From the NCBI GenBank assembly GCA_021798985.1, contig JAJZBI010000011.1, forward strand, positions 23,775 through 87,774: DNA of 64,000 bases, given 5' to 3'. The stretch's first letter is position 1, and every line of letters begins with the position of its first letter. A model generated the notes under the pieces. It made no database searches, was not told the DNA's origin, and worked only from the letters and a program-made list of their open reading frames with translations. Made by a program: the position numbers and the translations under genes. This document shows positions 37,314 through 47,700 of this stretch, piece after piece. This stretch comes from Actinomycetes bacterium. Lineage in GTDB: Bacteria > Actinomycetota > Acidimicrobiia > Acidimicrobiales > Bog-793.

Positions 37314-38834
37314 GTGAGGGCGCCGCGCCGCCTGCTCACGGCGATCGGCGCCGCCGCGCTCATGGCGAGCGCCTCGGGCGTCGTGCTCGGGGCTGCCCCG
37401 GCCATCGGCAGCGCCGCCACCAAGACGACGACGGCTGCGCCGAGCACCTCGCTGTCGTGGCATCGCTGTGACAAGAAGTTCCGCTGCACCAGCCTCAAGG
37501 TGCCGATCGACTACCAGGCACCGAGCAAGGGGAGCTTGTCCCTCGCGCTCGTCGAGCTGCCCTCGACGAGCGCGCATCCCGTCGGCGACCTGCTGATGAA
37601 CCCGGGCGGGCCGGGAGGCTCGGGGGTGCAGTTCCTCGAGCAGAACCCCTTCCCGGCGAGCCTGCGCCACCTGTTCAACCTCGTGAGCTGGGATCCCCGT
37701 GGCGTCGGCGCGAGCGACCCGGTTCGCTGTGTCGGGACCGCGGCGATGCGGCGACTGATCGGCCTCAACCCGGCGCCGACCACGCCGGCGCAGGTGGCAG
37801 AGGTCGTGAAGGCCACCAAGTCCTTCGTGCATGAGTGCACGGCGCACACCTCCAAGCTGTTGCTTGAGAACGTGGGGAGCATCCAGACGGTCCAGGACAT
37901 GGACCGCATCCGTGTCGCGCTCGGTGAGTCGAAGGTGAACTACCTCGGCTTCTCCTACGGCACCTACCTCGGCGAGCTCTACGCAGCGCGCTATCCGACC
38001 CACATCCGGGCGATGGTGCTCGACGGAGTCGTCGACCCGGCGCTCAACACGGTCACCTCCGACATCCAGCAGGCGCAAGGATTCGAGACCGACCTCAAGG
38101 CGTTCTTCGCGTGGTGCCCCACCAACAAGGCCTGCACGAGCGAGCTCCCCGAGGGGGCAAAGGCGGCGTACGACCGCCTCTTTGGGGCCTTCGCCCACGG
38201 TCGCACCGTCCCGGCCCACCTTCCGGCCAAGTTCGGTGGGCTCCAGCAGGTGAACCTCGGGGTCGCCGAGGTCGCGCTCGCCGGCTCGCTGTACTCGCGC
38301 CAGTCCTGGCCAGATCTCGCCCAGGCGATCCAGCAGGGGCTGGCCGGCAACGGCATCGACCTCATTGCCATCGCCTACCAATACGAGGGCCTCCAGGCGA
38401 ACGGCACGTTCGACAACGAGCTCGCCGCCGAGGTGGCGACCGATTGCGTGGATCGCCCCTCGCCGACCAAGCTGTCGACCTACGAGAAGCTCTCCGACCA
38501 GATGGCGCGAGTTGCCCCGGACTTCGGCGCTTCGGAGGCCTGGGGGAGCCTGACGTGCGCCTACTGGCCGATCAAGCCACAGGCCACGCCGCATGCCGTC
38601 ACCGCCAAGGACGCGCCGCCGATCCTGCTCGTCGGCTCGACCGCGGACCCGGCGACGCCCTATCGCTGGGCCAAGGCCGTCGCTCACCAGCTGGCACACG
38701 CCGTGCTGCTGACCCGCCAGGGCCCCGGCCATACGGGCTACTTCTTCAGTACGTGCATCCAGTCCCACGTCAACCGGTACCTCGCTACCTTGAAGATGCC
38801 GGCCGCCGGGACCCTCTGTCCGACCACCTCGTGA
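37314..38834 (+). CDS. secreted alpha/beta hydrolase, tripeptidyl aminopeptidase (TAP)-like
   Basis: GTG 37314 (alternative TTG 37251 right after GGAGGAGG). Signal peptide and the GFSYGT nucleophile elbow. Confidence 0.8.
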   Translation: MRAPRRLLTAIGAAALMASASGVVLGAAPAIGSAATKTTTAAPSTSLSWHRCDKKFRCTSLKVPIDYQAPSKGSLSLALVELPSTSAHPVGDLLMNPGGPGGSGVQFLEQNPFPASLRHLFNLVSWDPRGVGASDPVRCVGTAAMRRLIGLNPAPTTPAQVAEVVKATKSFVHECTAHTSKLLLENVGSIQTVQDMDRIRVALGESKVNYLGFSYGTYLGELYAARYPTHIRAMVLDGVVDPALNTVTSDIQQAQGFETDLKAFFAWCPTNKACTSELPEGAKAAYDRLFGAFAHGRTVPAHLPAKFGGLQQVNLGVAEVALAGSLYSRQSWPDLAQAIQQGLAGNGIDLIAIAYQYEGLQANGTFDNELAAEVATDCVDRPSPTKLSTYEKLSDQMARVAPDFGASEAWGSLTCAYWPIKPQATPHAVTAKDAPPILLVGSTADPATPYRWAKAVAHQLAHAVLLTRQGPGHTGYFFSTCIQSHVNRYLATLKMPAAGTLCPTTS

Positions 38835-38835
38835 C

Positions 38836-38872
38836 CCTTTGGCCGCCCGACTGCTCGTCGGGCGGCCAAAGG
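38836..38872 (+). terminator. perfect 16-bp hairpin after the peptidase gene
   Basis: CCTTTGGCCGCCCGAC-tgctc-GTCGGGCGGCCAAAGG begins 2 nt after the stop. There is no U-tract. Confidence 0.5.
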
Positions 38873-39007
38873 TGACGCCAGTCCCCGGGCGAGGGACCTT
38901 TGGCCCCCTCACCGTTTCCTGCGCGCCCGTAGCGTCGCCCGCGACGGGCTTGCACACCTCGCCACGTGCCGGCTCGTGGAGCCCGAGGGCGGCAGGGAGC
39001 GGAGGCG

Positions 39008-39541
39008 ATGACGAGCGCAACAGCGGACGCCGTCGGGGCCAGGGGCACGCCAGGGGTGCCAGCGGGCCCAGCGCATCCAAGCGAGGACCGGCGCTGGCGC
39101 CAGGTCGACGTGCGGATCCGCCGGCTCGGGGCCCGGCCCGACGGCCTCATCGAGGTGCTCCACACCCTCCAGCAGCTCTTCGGCTACCTCGATGACGACG
39201 CGCTTGCCTATGTGAGCGAGGCGCTCGGGGTGCCGCCCAGCCAGGTGATGGGCGTAGCGACCTTCTACTCGTTCTTCGTTTTGAAGCCTCAGGGCGCCCA
39301 CACCTGCGTCGTGTGCACCGGGACCGCCTGCTACCTGAACGGCGCGAAGGCGATCCTGCGGGCGCTTCGCGAGGCCCTTGGCGTCGAGGTCGGCGGGACC
39401 ACCGCGGACGCGAGCCTCTCGCTGCTCGGCGCTCGCTGCCTCGGCGCCTGCTCGCAGGCACCCGCCGTGGTGCTCGACGGCGAGGTGCACGGCAAGGTGC
39501 TTGCCGAGGAGATCACCGCACTGGTGGCGAGCCATGCCTGA
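39008..39541 (+). CDS. hoxE: bidirectional [NiFe] hydrogenase diaphorase subunit HoxE (NuoE-like 2Fe-2S)
   Basis: ATG 39008 follows GGAGG. Thioredoxin-like 2Fe-2S motifs CTGTAC...CLGAC. Confidence 0.88.
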   Translation: MTSATADAVGARGTPGVPAGPAHPSEDRRWRQVDVRIRRLGARPDGLIEVLHTLQQLFGYLDDDALAYVSEALGVPPSQVMGVATFYSFFVLKPQGAHTCVVCTGTACYLNGAKAILRALREALGVEVGGTTADASLSLLGARCLGACSQAPAVVLDGEVHGKVLAEEITALVASHA

Positions 39542-41198
39542 GCCCGACGACGCCCCGGCCCGAGCGCGCCACCACGAGCCTGTGCTCCCCGAGGGCCCGG
39601 TGCGTGCCACGGCGAACGTCTGCCACGCCGCCGGATGCCTCTCGCTCGGCTCCGACCTCGTCTTCGACCGCCTCTGCGAACGCGTCGAGGCGTCGGGCAC
39701 CGACGACGTGGGGGTGCGCCGGGTCGGCTGTCTCGGCCTGTGCGCGCAGGGCCCGCTCGTGAAGGTGCCCGAGCACGACCGCCTCTATGCCAAGGTGCCC
39801 GCCGAGCCCGACGAGCTCGATCAGCTCGTGGAGCAGTTCCGCTCGGGGACCGGCGGCCTCGTCGTCTCCGAGGACCCCTTCTTCGCCCGCCAGGTCAAGG
39901 TGGTCCTCCGCCACTGCGGGTCGGTCGATCCCGAGGAGGTCGAGGACTACGTCGCCAAGGGGGGATACGCGGCGCTGCGCAGGGCGGTGACGGAGATGAC
40001 CCCCGAGGAGGTCGTCGCTGAGGTCACCGAGAGCGGGCTGCGCGGGCGCGGCGGTGCCGGCTACCCGACCGGCCTCAAGTGGGCGACCGTCGCCAAGTCC
40101 GGCGAGGGCGGCCACAAGTACGTGGTCTGCAACGCCGATGAGGGGGATCCGGGGGCCTTCATGGACCGCAGCGTGCTCGAGAGCTGCCCGCAACAGGTGC
40201 TCGAGGGCATGGCGATCGCCGCCTATGCCGTCGGCGCCAACGAGGGCTACGTGTACGTGCGCGCCGAGTACCCCCTTACGGTCCGGCGGCTCAACTCGGC
40301 GATCCGCCAGGCCGAGCGCGCCGGGCTGCTCGGCACGGCGATTGCCGACACGAGCTTCTCGTTCCACCTCGAGGTGCGCATCGGTGCCGGGGCCTTCGTC
40401 TGTGGCGAGGAGACCGCCTTGTTGGCCTCGATCGAGGGTCGGCGGGGGACGCCCCGGCCGCGCCCGCCCTATCCCGCCGCCGCAGGGCTGTTCGGCGAGC
40501 CGACGCTCATCAACAACGTCGAGACCTTCGCCAGCATCTCGGCGATCATCGAGCGCGGCGGGCGGTGGTACGCGGCGATCGGCGCCAACAAGAGCCGCGG
40601 GACCAAGGTCTTCGCGCTCGCCGGGGCGGTCGAGCGCACCGGGCTGATCGAGGTGCCGATGGGCCTCAGCCTGCGCCAGATCGTCTTCGAGATCGGCGGC
40701 GGCGTGCCCGGCGGGCACCGCTGCAAGGCCGTGCAGACCGGCGGCCCCTCGGGAGGCTGCATCCCCGAGGAGCTGCTCGACATGCCGGTCGACTACGAGT
40801 CCCTCGTGAGCGCCGGGTCGATCATGGGCTCTGGCGGCATGATCGTGATGGACGAGACGACCTGCATGGTCGACGTCGCCCGCTACTTCATGGACTTTTG
40901 CCGAGAGGAGTCCTGCAGCCGGTGCGTCCCCTGCCGGGCGGGAACCGTCCAGATGCACCGGCTGCTCGATCGCATCTGCTCGGGCCTCGCCACCCGCGCC
41001 GACCTCGAGCGCCTCGAGCGCCTTGCGGCGATGGTCCAGCGCGCGAGCCTGTGCGGCCTCGGCCAGGGCGCGCCGAGCACCGTGTTCTCGACGCTCCGCT
41101 ACTTCAAGGACGAATACCTCGCCCACATCGATCACCGGACGTGCCCGGCCGGGGTGTGCGAGATGGCCCCGTTTGAGATGGCGGGGAGTGGACGATGA
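39534..41198 (+). CDS. hoxF: diaphorase subunit HoxF (NuoF-like, FMN/NAD(P)H)
   Basis: ATG 39534 overlaps the hoxE end by 8 nt. [23 protein letters not shown] and an N-terminal 2Fe-2S domain. Confidence 0.92.
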   Translation: MPEPDDAPARARHHEPVLPEGPVRATANVCHAAGCLSLGSDLVFDRLCERVEASGTDDVGVRRVGCLGLCAQGPLVKVPEHDRLYAKVPAEPDELDQLVEQFRSGTGGLVVSEDPFFARQVKVVLRHCGSVDPEEVEDYVAKGGYAALRRAVTEMTPEEVVAEVTESGLRGRGGAGYPTGLKWATVAKSGEGGHKYVVCNADEGDPGAFMDRSVLESCPQQVLEGMAIAAYAVGANEGYVYVRAEYPLTVRRLNSAIRQAERAGLLGTAIADTSFSFHLEVRIGAGAFVCGEETALLASIEGRRGTPRPRPPYPAAAGLFGEPTLINNVETFASISAIIERGGRWYAAIGANKSRGTKVFALAGAVERTGLIEVPMGLSLRQIVFEIGGGVPGGHRCKAVQTGGPSGGCIPEELLDMPVDYESLVSAGSIMGSGGMIVMDETTCMVDVARYFMDFCREESCSRCVPCRAGTVQMHRLLDRICSGLATRADLERLERLAAMVQRASLCGLGQGAPSTVFSTLRYFKDEYLAHIDHRTCPAGVCEMAPFEMAGSGR

Positions 41199-41899
41199 GC
41201 GTCGTCACGCTGGTGATCGACGGGCACGACGTCGCCGGTCAGAGCGGCCAGAGCATCTTGTCGGTAGCGCGCGAACACGGCATCGCCATCCCAACGCTGT
41301 GCCATCTCGATGGGCTCTCGGAGGTGGGCGCGTGCCGCCTGTGCATGGTCGAGGTGCGGGGGGCGAGGCGCCCGCTCGCCGCCTGCGTCACCGAGGTGCA
41401 AGAGCACATGGAGGTGACGACCACCACCGACGAGCTCACCGACTACCGCCGCCAGATCATCGAGCTGTTGTTCACCGAGCGCAATCACGTCTGCGCCGTC
41501 TGCATCGCCAACCGGCACTGCGAGCTGCAAGACCTCGCCAAGGCGCTCGGGATGACGCACTTCGACCTGCCGGCGCTCAATCCGTCCGCCGGCGTGGACG
41601 CCAGCCACGAGCGCTTCGGGATCGACCACAACCGCTGCGTGCTCTGCACGCGATGCGTGCGCGTCTGCGCCGAGATCGAAGGAGCCCATACCTGGGACGT
41701 GCGCGGCCGGGCCAGCGAGGCGAGGGTGATCACCGACCTCGGCACCCCCTGGGGAGAGTCGCCCACCTGCACGAGCTGTGGCAAGTGCGTCCAGGTGTGC
41801 CCGACCGGAGCGCTGTTTGAGAAGGGTCGGGCGGTCGCCGAAGGCAAGGAGCGGCGCCCCTACGTCCCCTTCCTCGTCGCAAGGAACCGGAGGTCTTGA
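41195..41899 (+). CDS. hoxU: diaphorase subunit HoxU (NuoG N-terminal-like Fe-S protein)
   Basis: ATGA overlap. 2Fe-2S (CHLDGL..GACRLC) and 4Fe-4S ([23 protein letters not shown]) motifs. Confidence 0.9.
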   Translation: MSVVTLVIDGHDVAGQSGQSILSVAREHGIAIPTLCHLDGLSEVGACRLCMVEVRGARRPLAACVTEVQEHMEVTTTTDELTDYRRQIIELLFTERNHVCAVCIANRHCELQDLAKALGMTHFDLPALNPSAGVDASHERFGIDHNRCVLCTRCVRVCAEIEGAHTWDVRGRASEARVITDLGTPWGESPTCTSCGKCVQVCPTGALFEKGRAVAEGKERRPYVPFLVARNRRS

Positions 41900-41900
41900 G

Positions 41901-42431
41901 ATGGCAAAGCCGCGGCTCGCCACGATTTGGCTGGACGGCTGCTCTGGCTGTCACATGTCCTTCCTCGACCTCGACGAGCGCCTCTTCGACGTCTTCGCCC
42001 GCGCCGAGCTCGTCTATGGTCCCCTGGTCGACGCCAAGGAGTTCCCCGAGGATGTCGACGTCACGCTCGTCGAGGGCGCCGTCAGCACCGAGGACGACCT
42101 GCGTCGGGTGCGCGAGGTGCGCGCCAAGACCAAGATCCTCGTCTCGCTCGGCGACTGTGCGGTGACGGCGAACGTCCCGGGCATGCGCAACCCGCTCGGC
42201 CCGAAGGCGATCTTGGAGACCGCCTACGCGAGCGGCGTCACGGGCGCGTCGGCGGCGCCGAGCGAATGGGTCCCGGCGCTGCTCGAGCGCGTGCAGCCCG
42301 TGCACGCGGTTGTGCCGGTCGACGTGTACCTGCCGGGGTGCCCGCCCTCGGCCGACGTGATCGCCGAGGCGATCGACCAGCTGCTCGCCGGTCAGCTGCC
42401 TGACACCGCGCACCTGGCGAGCTTCGGCTGA
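41901..42431 (+). CDS. hoxY: [NiFe] hydrogenase small subunit HoxY
   Basis: ATG 41901, 1 nt after the hoxU stop. WLDGCSGCHMSFLD proximal-cluster motif and GCPP. Confidence 0.9.
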   Translation: MAKPRLATIWLDGCSGCHMSFLDLDERLFDVFARAELVYGPLVDAKEFPEDVDVTLVEGAVSTEDDLRRVREVRAKTKILVSLGDCAVTANVPGMRNPLGPKAILETAYASGVTGASAAPSEWVPALLERVQPVHAVVPVDVYLPGCPPSADVIAEAIDQLLAGQLPDTAHLASFG

Positions 42432-42450
42432 GCCGGACAAGGACGATGCG

Positions 42451-43869
42451 ATGAGCGAGATCATCATCGAGCCGGTCACAAGGATCGAGGGCCACTCCAA
42501 GATCACGGTGCAGCTCGACGACACCGGCGAGGTCGTCGACGCCCACTTCCACGTGACCCAGTTCCGCGGCTTCGAGCGGATCTGCGTGGGCCGCCCGCTC
42601 TGGGAGATGCCCTCACTGATGGCGCGCATCTGCGGCATCTGCCCCGTCAGCCATCTGATCGCGTCAGCGAAGGCCTGCGACGAGATCCTCGCCGTCGAGA
42701 TCCCTCCGCTGGCACGCCGGCTGCGGCGCGTCATGAACCTGGCGCAGATCGTGCAATCCCATGCCCTGAACTTCTTCCATCTCTCCTCGGCTGACCTCGT
42801 CTTCGGCTTCGACGGGGACCCGAAGGAGCGCTCCTTCGCGGGGGTGGCCGAAGCCGCCCCCGAGCTCGCTCGCGACGGCGTGGCGCTGCGGCGCTTCGGC
42901 CAGCAGATCATCGAGCGGCTCGGCGGCAAGCGCATCCACCCGGCCTGGGTCGTTCCCGGCGGGGTGAGCCGCCCGCTCGAGGCCGCCCAGCGCGACGCGA
43001 TCCTCGCCGAGGTGCCCGACGCGAGAGCACGAGCCAAGCGGGCCCTTGGCTGGTACAAGGAGCACCTCGCTCGCTTTGCCGAAGAAGCGGACCAGTTCGG
43101 CAACTTCCCGAGCCTGTTCATGGGGCTCGTGCACGAGAGCGGGCGGGCTGCTTATTCCGAAGGCTTGTTGAAGGTGGTCGACGCCAATGGCTGGGTGCTG
43201 GCGGACCAGGTCGATCCCAGGCCGTATTGGGAGTATCTCGGCGAGCACGTCGAGCCGTGGAGCTATCTGAAATCGCCGTATTTCAAGCCGCTCGGCTACC
43301 CCGATGGCCTCTACCGGGTCGGTCCGCTCGCCCGGCTGAACGTCATCGACCGGCTCGGGACTCCGAGCGCGGACGGCGAGCTCGCCGAGTACCGCGAGCG
43401 GCTCGGCCGCTATCCCCAGAGCTCGTTCCACTACCACTGGGCACGGCTCATCGAGATCGTGCACTGCATCGATGCAATCGAGCACATCCTCTCCGAGCCG
43501 GACATCTTGGACCACCACGTTCGCGCCGAGGCGCGCGTCAACCGCAACGAGGGAGTCGGCGTTGCCGAGGCGCCGAGGGGGACGCTCATCCACCACTACC
43601 AAGTGGACGACCACGGCCTCGTCGAGTCCGCCAACCTCGTCATCGCGACCGGCCACAACAACCTGGCGATGAACGCCGCGGTGAAGCAGGTGGCCCGCCA
43701 CTACGTCCACGGCCCGGACGTGGCCGAAGGGATCTTGAACCGGATGGAGGCGGCCATCCGCTGTTTTGACCCCTGCCTCAGCTGCTCGACGCATGCGATC
43801 GGACAGATGCCGCTTGCGATCGAACTGCGCGCCCCCGACGGCACGATCGTGCGCGAGGTGGCGCGGTGA
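42451..43869 (+). CDS. hoxH: [NiFe] hydrogenase large subunit HoxH (group 3d type)
   Basis: L1 RICGICPVSH and L2 DPCLSCSTH, followed by a 24-aa C-terminal extension. Confidence 0.93.
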   Translation: MSEIIIEPVTRIEGHSKITVQLDDTGEVVDAHFHVTQFRGFERICVGRPLWEMPSLMARICGICPVSHLIASAKACDEILAVEIPPLARRLRRVMNLAQIVQSHALNFFHLSSADLVFGFDGDPKERSFAGVAEAAPELARDGVALRRFGQQIIERLGGKRIHPAWVVPGGVSRPLEAAQRDAILAEVPDARARAKRALGWYKEHLARFAEEADQFGNFPSLFMGLVHESGRAAYSEGLLKVVDANGWVLADQVDPRPYWEYLGEHVEPWSYLKSPYFKPLGYPDGLYRVGPLARLNVIDRLGTPSADGELAEYRERLGRYPQSSFHYHWARLIEIVHCIDAIEHILSEPDILDHHVRAEARVNRNEGVGVAEAPRGTLIHHYQVDDHGLVESANLVIATGHNNLAMNAAVKQVARHYVHGPDVAEGILNRMEAAIRCFDPCLSCSTHAIGQMPLAIELRAPDGTIVREVAR

Positions 43870-44357
43870 GCGCGCCAGCGCCTGCTCCGACCCGCGACCG
43901 TCTCGCCGGGCTCGTCGTGGTAGGCGTCGGTAACGAGCTGCGCCGCGACGACGGCATTGGTGTCGCCGTCGCCCGGGCGCTGTCGGGCTCGTTCGGCGAG
44001 CTCGGGGCGCGCGTCGTGCTCTTGCACCAGCTCGTGCCGGAGCTGGCAGCGGAACTCACCGGCGCACAGGCCGTGATCTTTCTCGACGCGGCGGTCGATC
44101 TCCCGCCGGGTGCGGTGCGCGTCGCGACCCCTGCCCCGGGGAAGGTGCCGGGGTCCGCGACCCACCAGACAGAGCCCGACGCGCTCGTCGATTTGTGCGC
44201 GGCGCTGTATGGAACGAGGCCCGCGGCGATGATCGTGTCCGTCGGGGCCGCAGATCTCGAAGCGGGGGTCGGGCTCAGCACGGCTGCCCGCCAAGGTTGC
44301 GAACGCGCGGGCGAGATCGTCCGCGCCCTCGCTGAGGAGATGATCGCCGATGCATGA
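43866..44357 (+). CDS. hoxW: hydrogenase maturation endopeptidase (HoxW/HyaD family)
   Basis: GTGA overlap. VVGVGNELRRDDGIGV motif. Confidence 0.85.
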   Translation: MSAPAPAPTRDRLAGLVVVGVGNELRRDDGIGVAVARALSGSFGELGARVVLLHQLVPELAAELTGAQAVIFLDAAVDLPPGAVRVATPAPGKVPGSATHQTEPDALVDLCAALYGTRPAAMIVSVGAADLEAGVGLSTAARQGCERAGEIVRALAEEMIADA

Positions 44358-44682
44358 GTACTCGCTTGTGACCGAGCTGGTGGAAGAGTGCCAGCGGCGC
44401 GCCGGGTCGCGCCGGGTGCGCAGTGTCACGGTGCGATGCCCCTCGACCGTTGACCGGGTCGAGCTGAAGACGCTGTTCGCTGCGGCCTCGGCGGAGCACC
44501 ACATGGCCGGTGCGCGCCTTGAGATCGAGACGGTGGCAACTCTGTGGCACTGCACGTGTGGCTACGAGGGGGAGCTTCCGCCCGAGGCGCGCGTGGGTCA
44601 CCTGGCGGTGTGCCCGCGCTGCAGTTCCGTGCAACCGCTCGAGGACGCCCTCGAGCTGGTCGCCGTGGATACCGAGACCTAG
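44350..44682 (+). CDS. hypA: hydrogenase nickel-insertion protein HypA
   Basis: MHEYSL N-terminus (Ni site) and a CTCG...CPRC zinc site. It overlaps hoxW by 8 nt. Confidence 0.88.
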   Translation: MHEYSLVTELVEECQRRAGSRRVRSVTVRCPSTVDRVELKTLFAAASAEHHMAGARLEIETVATLWHCTCGYEGELPPEARVGHLAVCPRCSSVQPLEDALELVAVDTET

Positions 44683-44723
44683 GGAGACCTTCGCCGAAGC
44701 GGCGAAGGTCCAAGCGCCCTAGG
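44678..44723 (+). terminator. extended hairpin between hypA and nifJ
   Basis: GACCTTCGCCG-aag-CGGCGAAGGTC perfect 11-bp stem (44686-44710), flanked by CCTAGGG/CCCTAGG (44678-44684 / 44717-44723). There is no U-tract. Confidence 0.4.
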
Positions 44724-44776
44724 CGCCGATGCTCGGCCGGCGATACACCGGGACGAGCCACCCGAGGAGGCATGGC

Positions 44777-47700
44777 GTGAACAGCCCACAGCGCATCTGT
44801 GTCGACGGGAACGAGGCGGCGGCGCGGGTCGCCTACCAGCTGGCCGAGGTGGTCGCGCTCTACCCGATCACCCCGTCGTCTCCGATGGGAGAGCATGCTG
44901 ACGACTGGGCGGCGGCGGGCACGCCGAACCTGTTCGGCCAGGTGCCCGCCATCGTCGAGATGCAGTCCGAAGCCGGCGCTGCCGGAGCGCTGCACGGCGC
45001 CCTGCAGAAGGGCGCGCTCGCCACCACCTTCACGGCCTCCCAGGGGCTGTTGTTGATGTTGCCGAACATGTTCAAGATCGCCGGCGAGCTGCTGCCGACG
45101 GTGATCCACGTGGCGGCGCGCAGCATCGCCACCCACGCGCTGTCGATCTTCGGGGACCACTCCGACGTGATGGCGGCGCGGGCGACGGGCTTTGGGATGC
45201 TCGCGTCCTCCTCGGTCCAAGAGGCACAAGATCTCGCTGCCATCGCCCACCTCGCGACGCTGCGCTCGCGCGTGCCGTTCCTGCACTTCTTCGACGGCTT
45301 CCGGACCTCCCACGAGGTGGCGACGATCGTGCCGCTTCAGCCTGGTGATCTCGAGGCGCTGGTGGACCGCGAGGCGATCCGCGCCATGCGCCTGCGCGGC
45401 ATGAGCCCCGACCGCCCCGATGTGCGGGGCACCGCGCAGAACCCCGACGTCTTCTTCCAAGGCCGCGAGGCCGCCGCGCCCTACCACGCCCGGGTGCCTG
45501 CGATCGTGACGGCGGCGATGGACGCCTTCGAGCGTCGCTGTGGTCGGCATTACGCCGTGGTCGAGTACCACGGCGCCCCCGACGCCGAGCGCGTCGTCGT
45601 GGCGATGGGGTCGGGATGCGGGGCGATCGAAGAGGCGGTCGACACCTTGGTGGCGCGGGGCGAGCGGCTCGGGCTGTGCAAGGTACGCTTGTACCGTCCC
45701 TTCCCCGCGGGCGAGTTCGTCGCTGCCCTGCCGCCGAGCGTGCGGGCGATCGCAGTCCTCGATCGCACCAAGGAGCCCGGTGCGGTCGGCGAGCCCCTCT
45801 ACCTCGATGTGCGCGCCGCCATCGACGAGGCGATGGAGCACACCGAGGCGCCCTTTGTGGTCGCCCCGAAGGTGATCGGCGGCCGCTATGGGCTGTCGTC
45901 CAAGGAGTTCACCCCACCGATGGCCAAGGCCGTCTTCGACGAGCTCGCTGCCGCCTCCCCCAAGGCGCACTTCAGCGTCGGGATCGACGACGACGTCTCG
46001 TCCTCGAGCCTTGCCGTAGACCCCGACTTTCGCGTGGAGATCGCCGAAGCGCCCTTCCAGGCGGTCTTCGCCGGCCTCGGTTCGGACGGGACGGTGGGGG
46101 CGAACAAGAACAGCGCCCGCATCATCGCCGCCCACGGTGATACGAACGTGCAGGCCTATTTCGTCTACGACTCGAAGAAGTCCGGATCGATCACGATCTC
46201 GCACCTTCGATTCGGCCCCCGGCCGATCAATTCGAGCTACCTCATCGACGAGGCGGATTTCGTCGCCTGCCACCAGTTCAATCTGCTCGAGCGGGCCAAG
46301 GTGCTCGACATCGCGCGACCGGGCGCGACCTTGCTGTTGAACAGCCCGTACCGTGCGGAGGAGACCTGGCACGCGCTGTCGGCGCGCGCCCAGCGCCAGA
46401 TCCTCGACAAGAAGCTCCGCTGCTTTGTGATCGACGCCCACCAGATCGCGAGCGAGCACGGCCTCGGCACGCGGATCAACACCGTCATGCAGGTCTGCTT
46501 CTTCGCCCTCAGCGAGCTGATGCCGATCGAACAGGCCGTGGCGGCAATCAAGGCGGCGATCGAGCGCAGCTATGGTCGCCGGGGCCCCGAGGTCGTCGCG
46601 CGCAACTTCGCTGCGGTGGATGCTGCGCTGGCCGGCTTGCAGCCGCTCGAGACACCGATGCGGTTCGCGGCGGAGCCGGCGCCGCCGCGAGCTCCCGAGG
46701 ACCGCTTCGCCGGGGCGCCGGACTTCGTCCGTGAGGTGACGGCGGTCTTGCTCGCCGACGACGGGGACCGCCTGCCGGTCTCGGCGATGCCGCCCGACGG
46801 CCGTTTCCCCTCGGGCACGGCGCGCTACGAGCGTCGGGCGATCGCCAGCGAGATCCCGATCTGGGACCCCTCGCTGTGCACGGACTGCGGCAAGTGCGCC
46901 ATCGTCTGCCCGCACGCCGCGATCCGCATGAAGGTCTTCGAGCCCGACGCGATCACCGGCGCGCCCGACGGGTTTCTCGCCAAGCCCTTCCGTTCGAAGG
47001 ACCTCGCCGGGCACCTGCTCAGCATCCAGGTGGCGCCGGACGACTGCACGGGATGTGGGATCTGCGTCGAGGTCTGCCCGGCGCACTCCAAGACCGAGGC
47101 GTGGAGGAAGTCGATCAATCTCGAGCCGGCGCTCGCGCACCGCGACGAGGAGCGGGTGCGCTGGGACTTCTTCAAATCGATCCCCGAGCTTGCCCGCGAC
47201 GCCCTGCCGCACGACAGCGTGAAGGGCGCGGCGGTCCTCGAGCCGCTCTTTGAGTTCTCTGGCGCCTGCGCGGGGTGTGGCGAGACCCCCTACCTCAAAC
47301 TGTTGAGCCAGCTCTTCGGCGACCGGCTGCTCGTCGCCAACGCGACGGGGTGCTCGTCGATCTACGGCGGCAATCTCCCGACCACGCCGTGGGCGCACGA
47401 CGCGTCGGGCCGCGGACCGGCGTGGGCGAACTCGCTGTTCGAGGACAACGCCGAGTTTGGCCTCGGCATCCGCCTCGGCCTCGAGGCCGAACAGCGCGCG
47501 GCACGCGACCTGCTCGTCGGACTCGCCCCCGAGCTCGACGCCGAGCTCGTCGCCGGTCTGTTGCACGCGAGCCAGGAAGGCGAGGCCGACATCGTTGCGC
47601 AGCGGGCGCGGGTGGCCGAGCTAAAGCGCCAGCTTTCCGGCCTCGGCGGCGAGCGCGCCGAGGCGGCCTCGGACCTGCTGGCGTGCGCCGACGAGCTCGT

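Noticed and set aside
38873-39007. A search for LexA (GAAC-N4-GTTC), CRP-like (TGTGA-N6-TCACA) or DosR-like (GGGACT-N2-AGTCCC) operators upstream of hoxE. The same search was made upstream of hsp20, usp and whiB.
   Set aside because: No convincing match was seen by eye. There is only an inverted GTCCC...GGGAC pair with the wrong orientation and spacing near 38882-38896, and an isolated GGGACTAAGGGCAC near 59270.
44426-47566. A 1046-aa minus-strand ORF opposite nifJ. The same issue applies to 21918..24638-, 26005..28206-, 4275..6197-, 32592..34418-, 37107..39080- and 59407..61182+.
   Set aside because: All of them mirror well-supported genes on the other strand or frame. They have the low-complexity Arg/Ala/Gly/Pro composition of antisense frames in GC-rich genomes and carry no recognisable domains.
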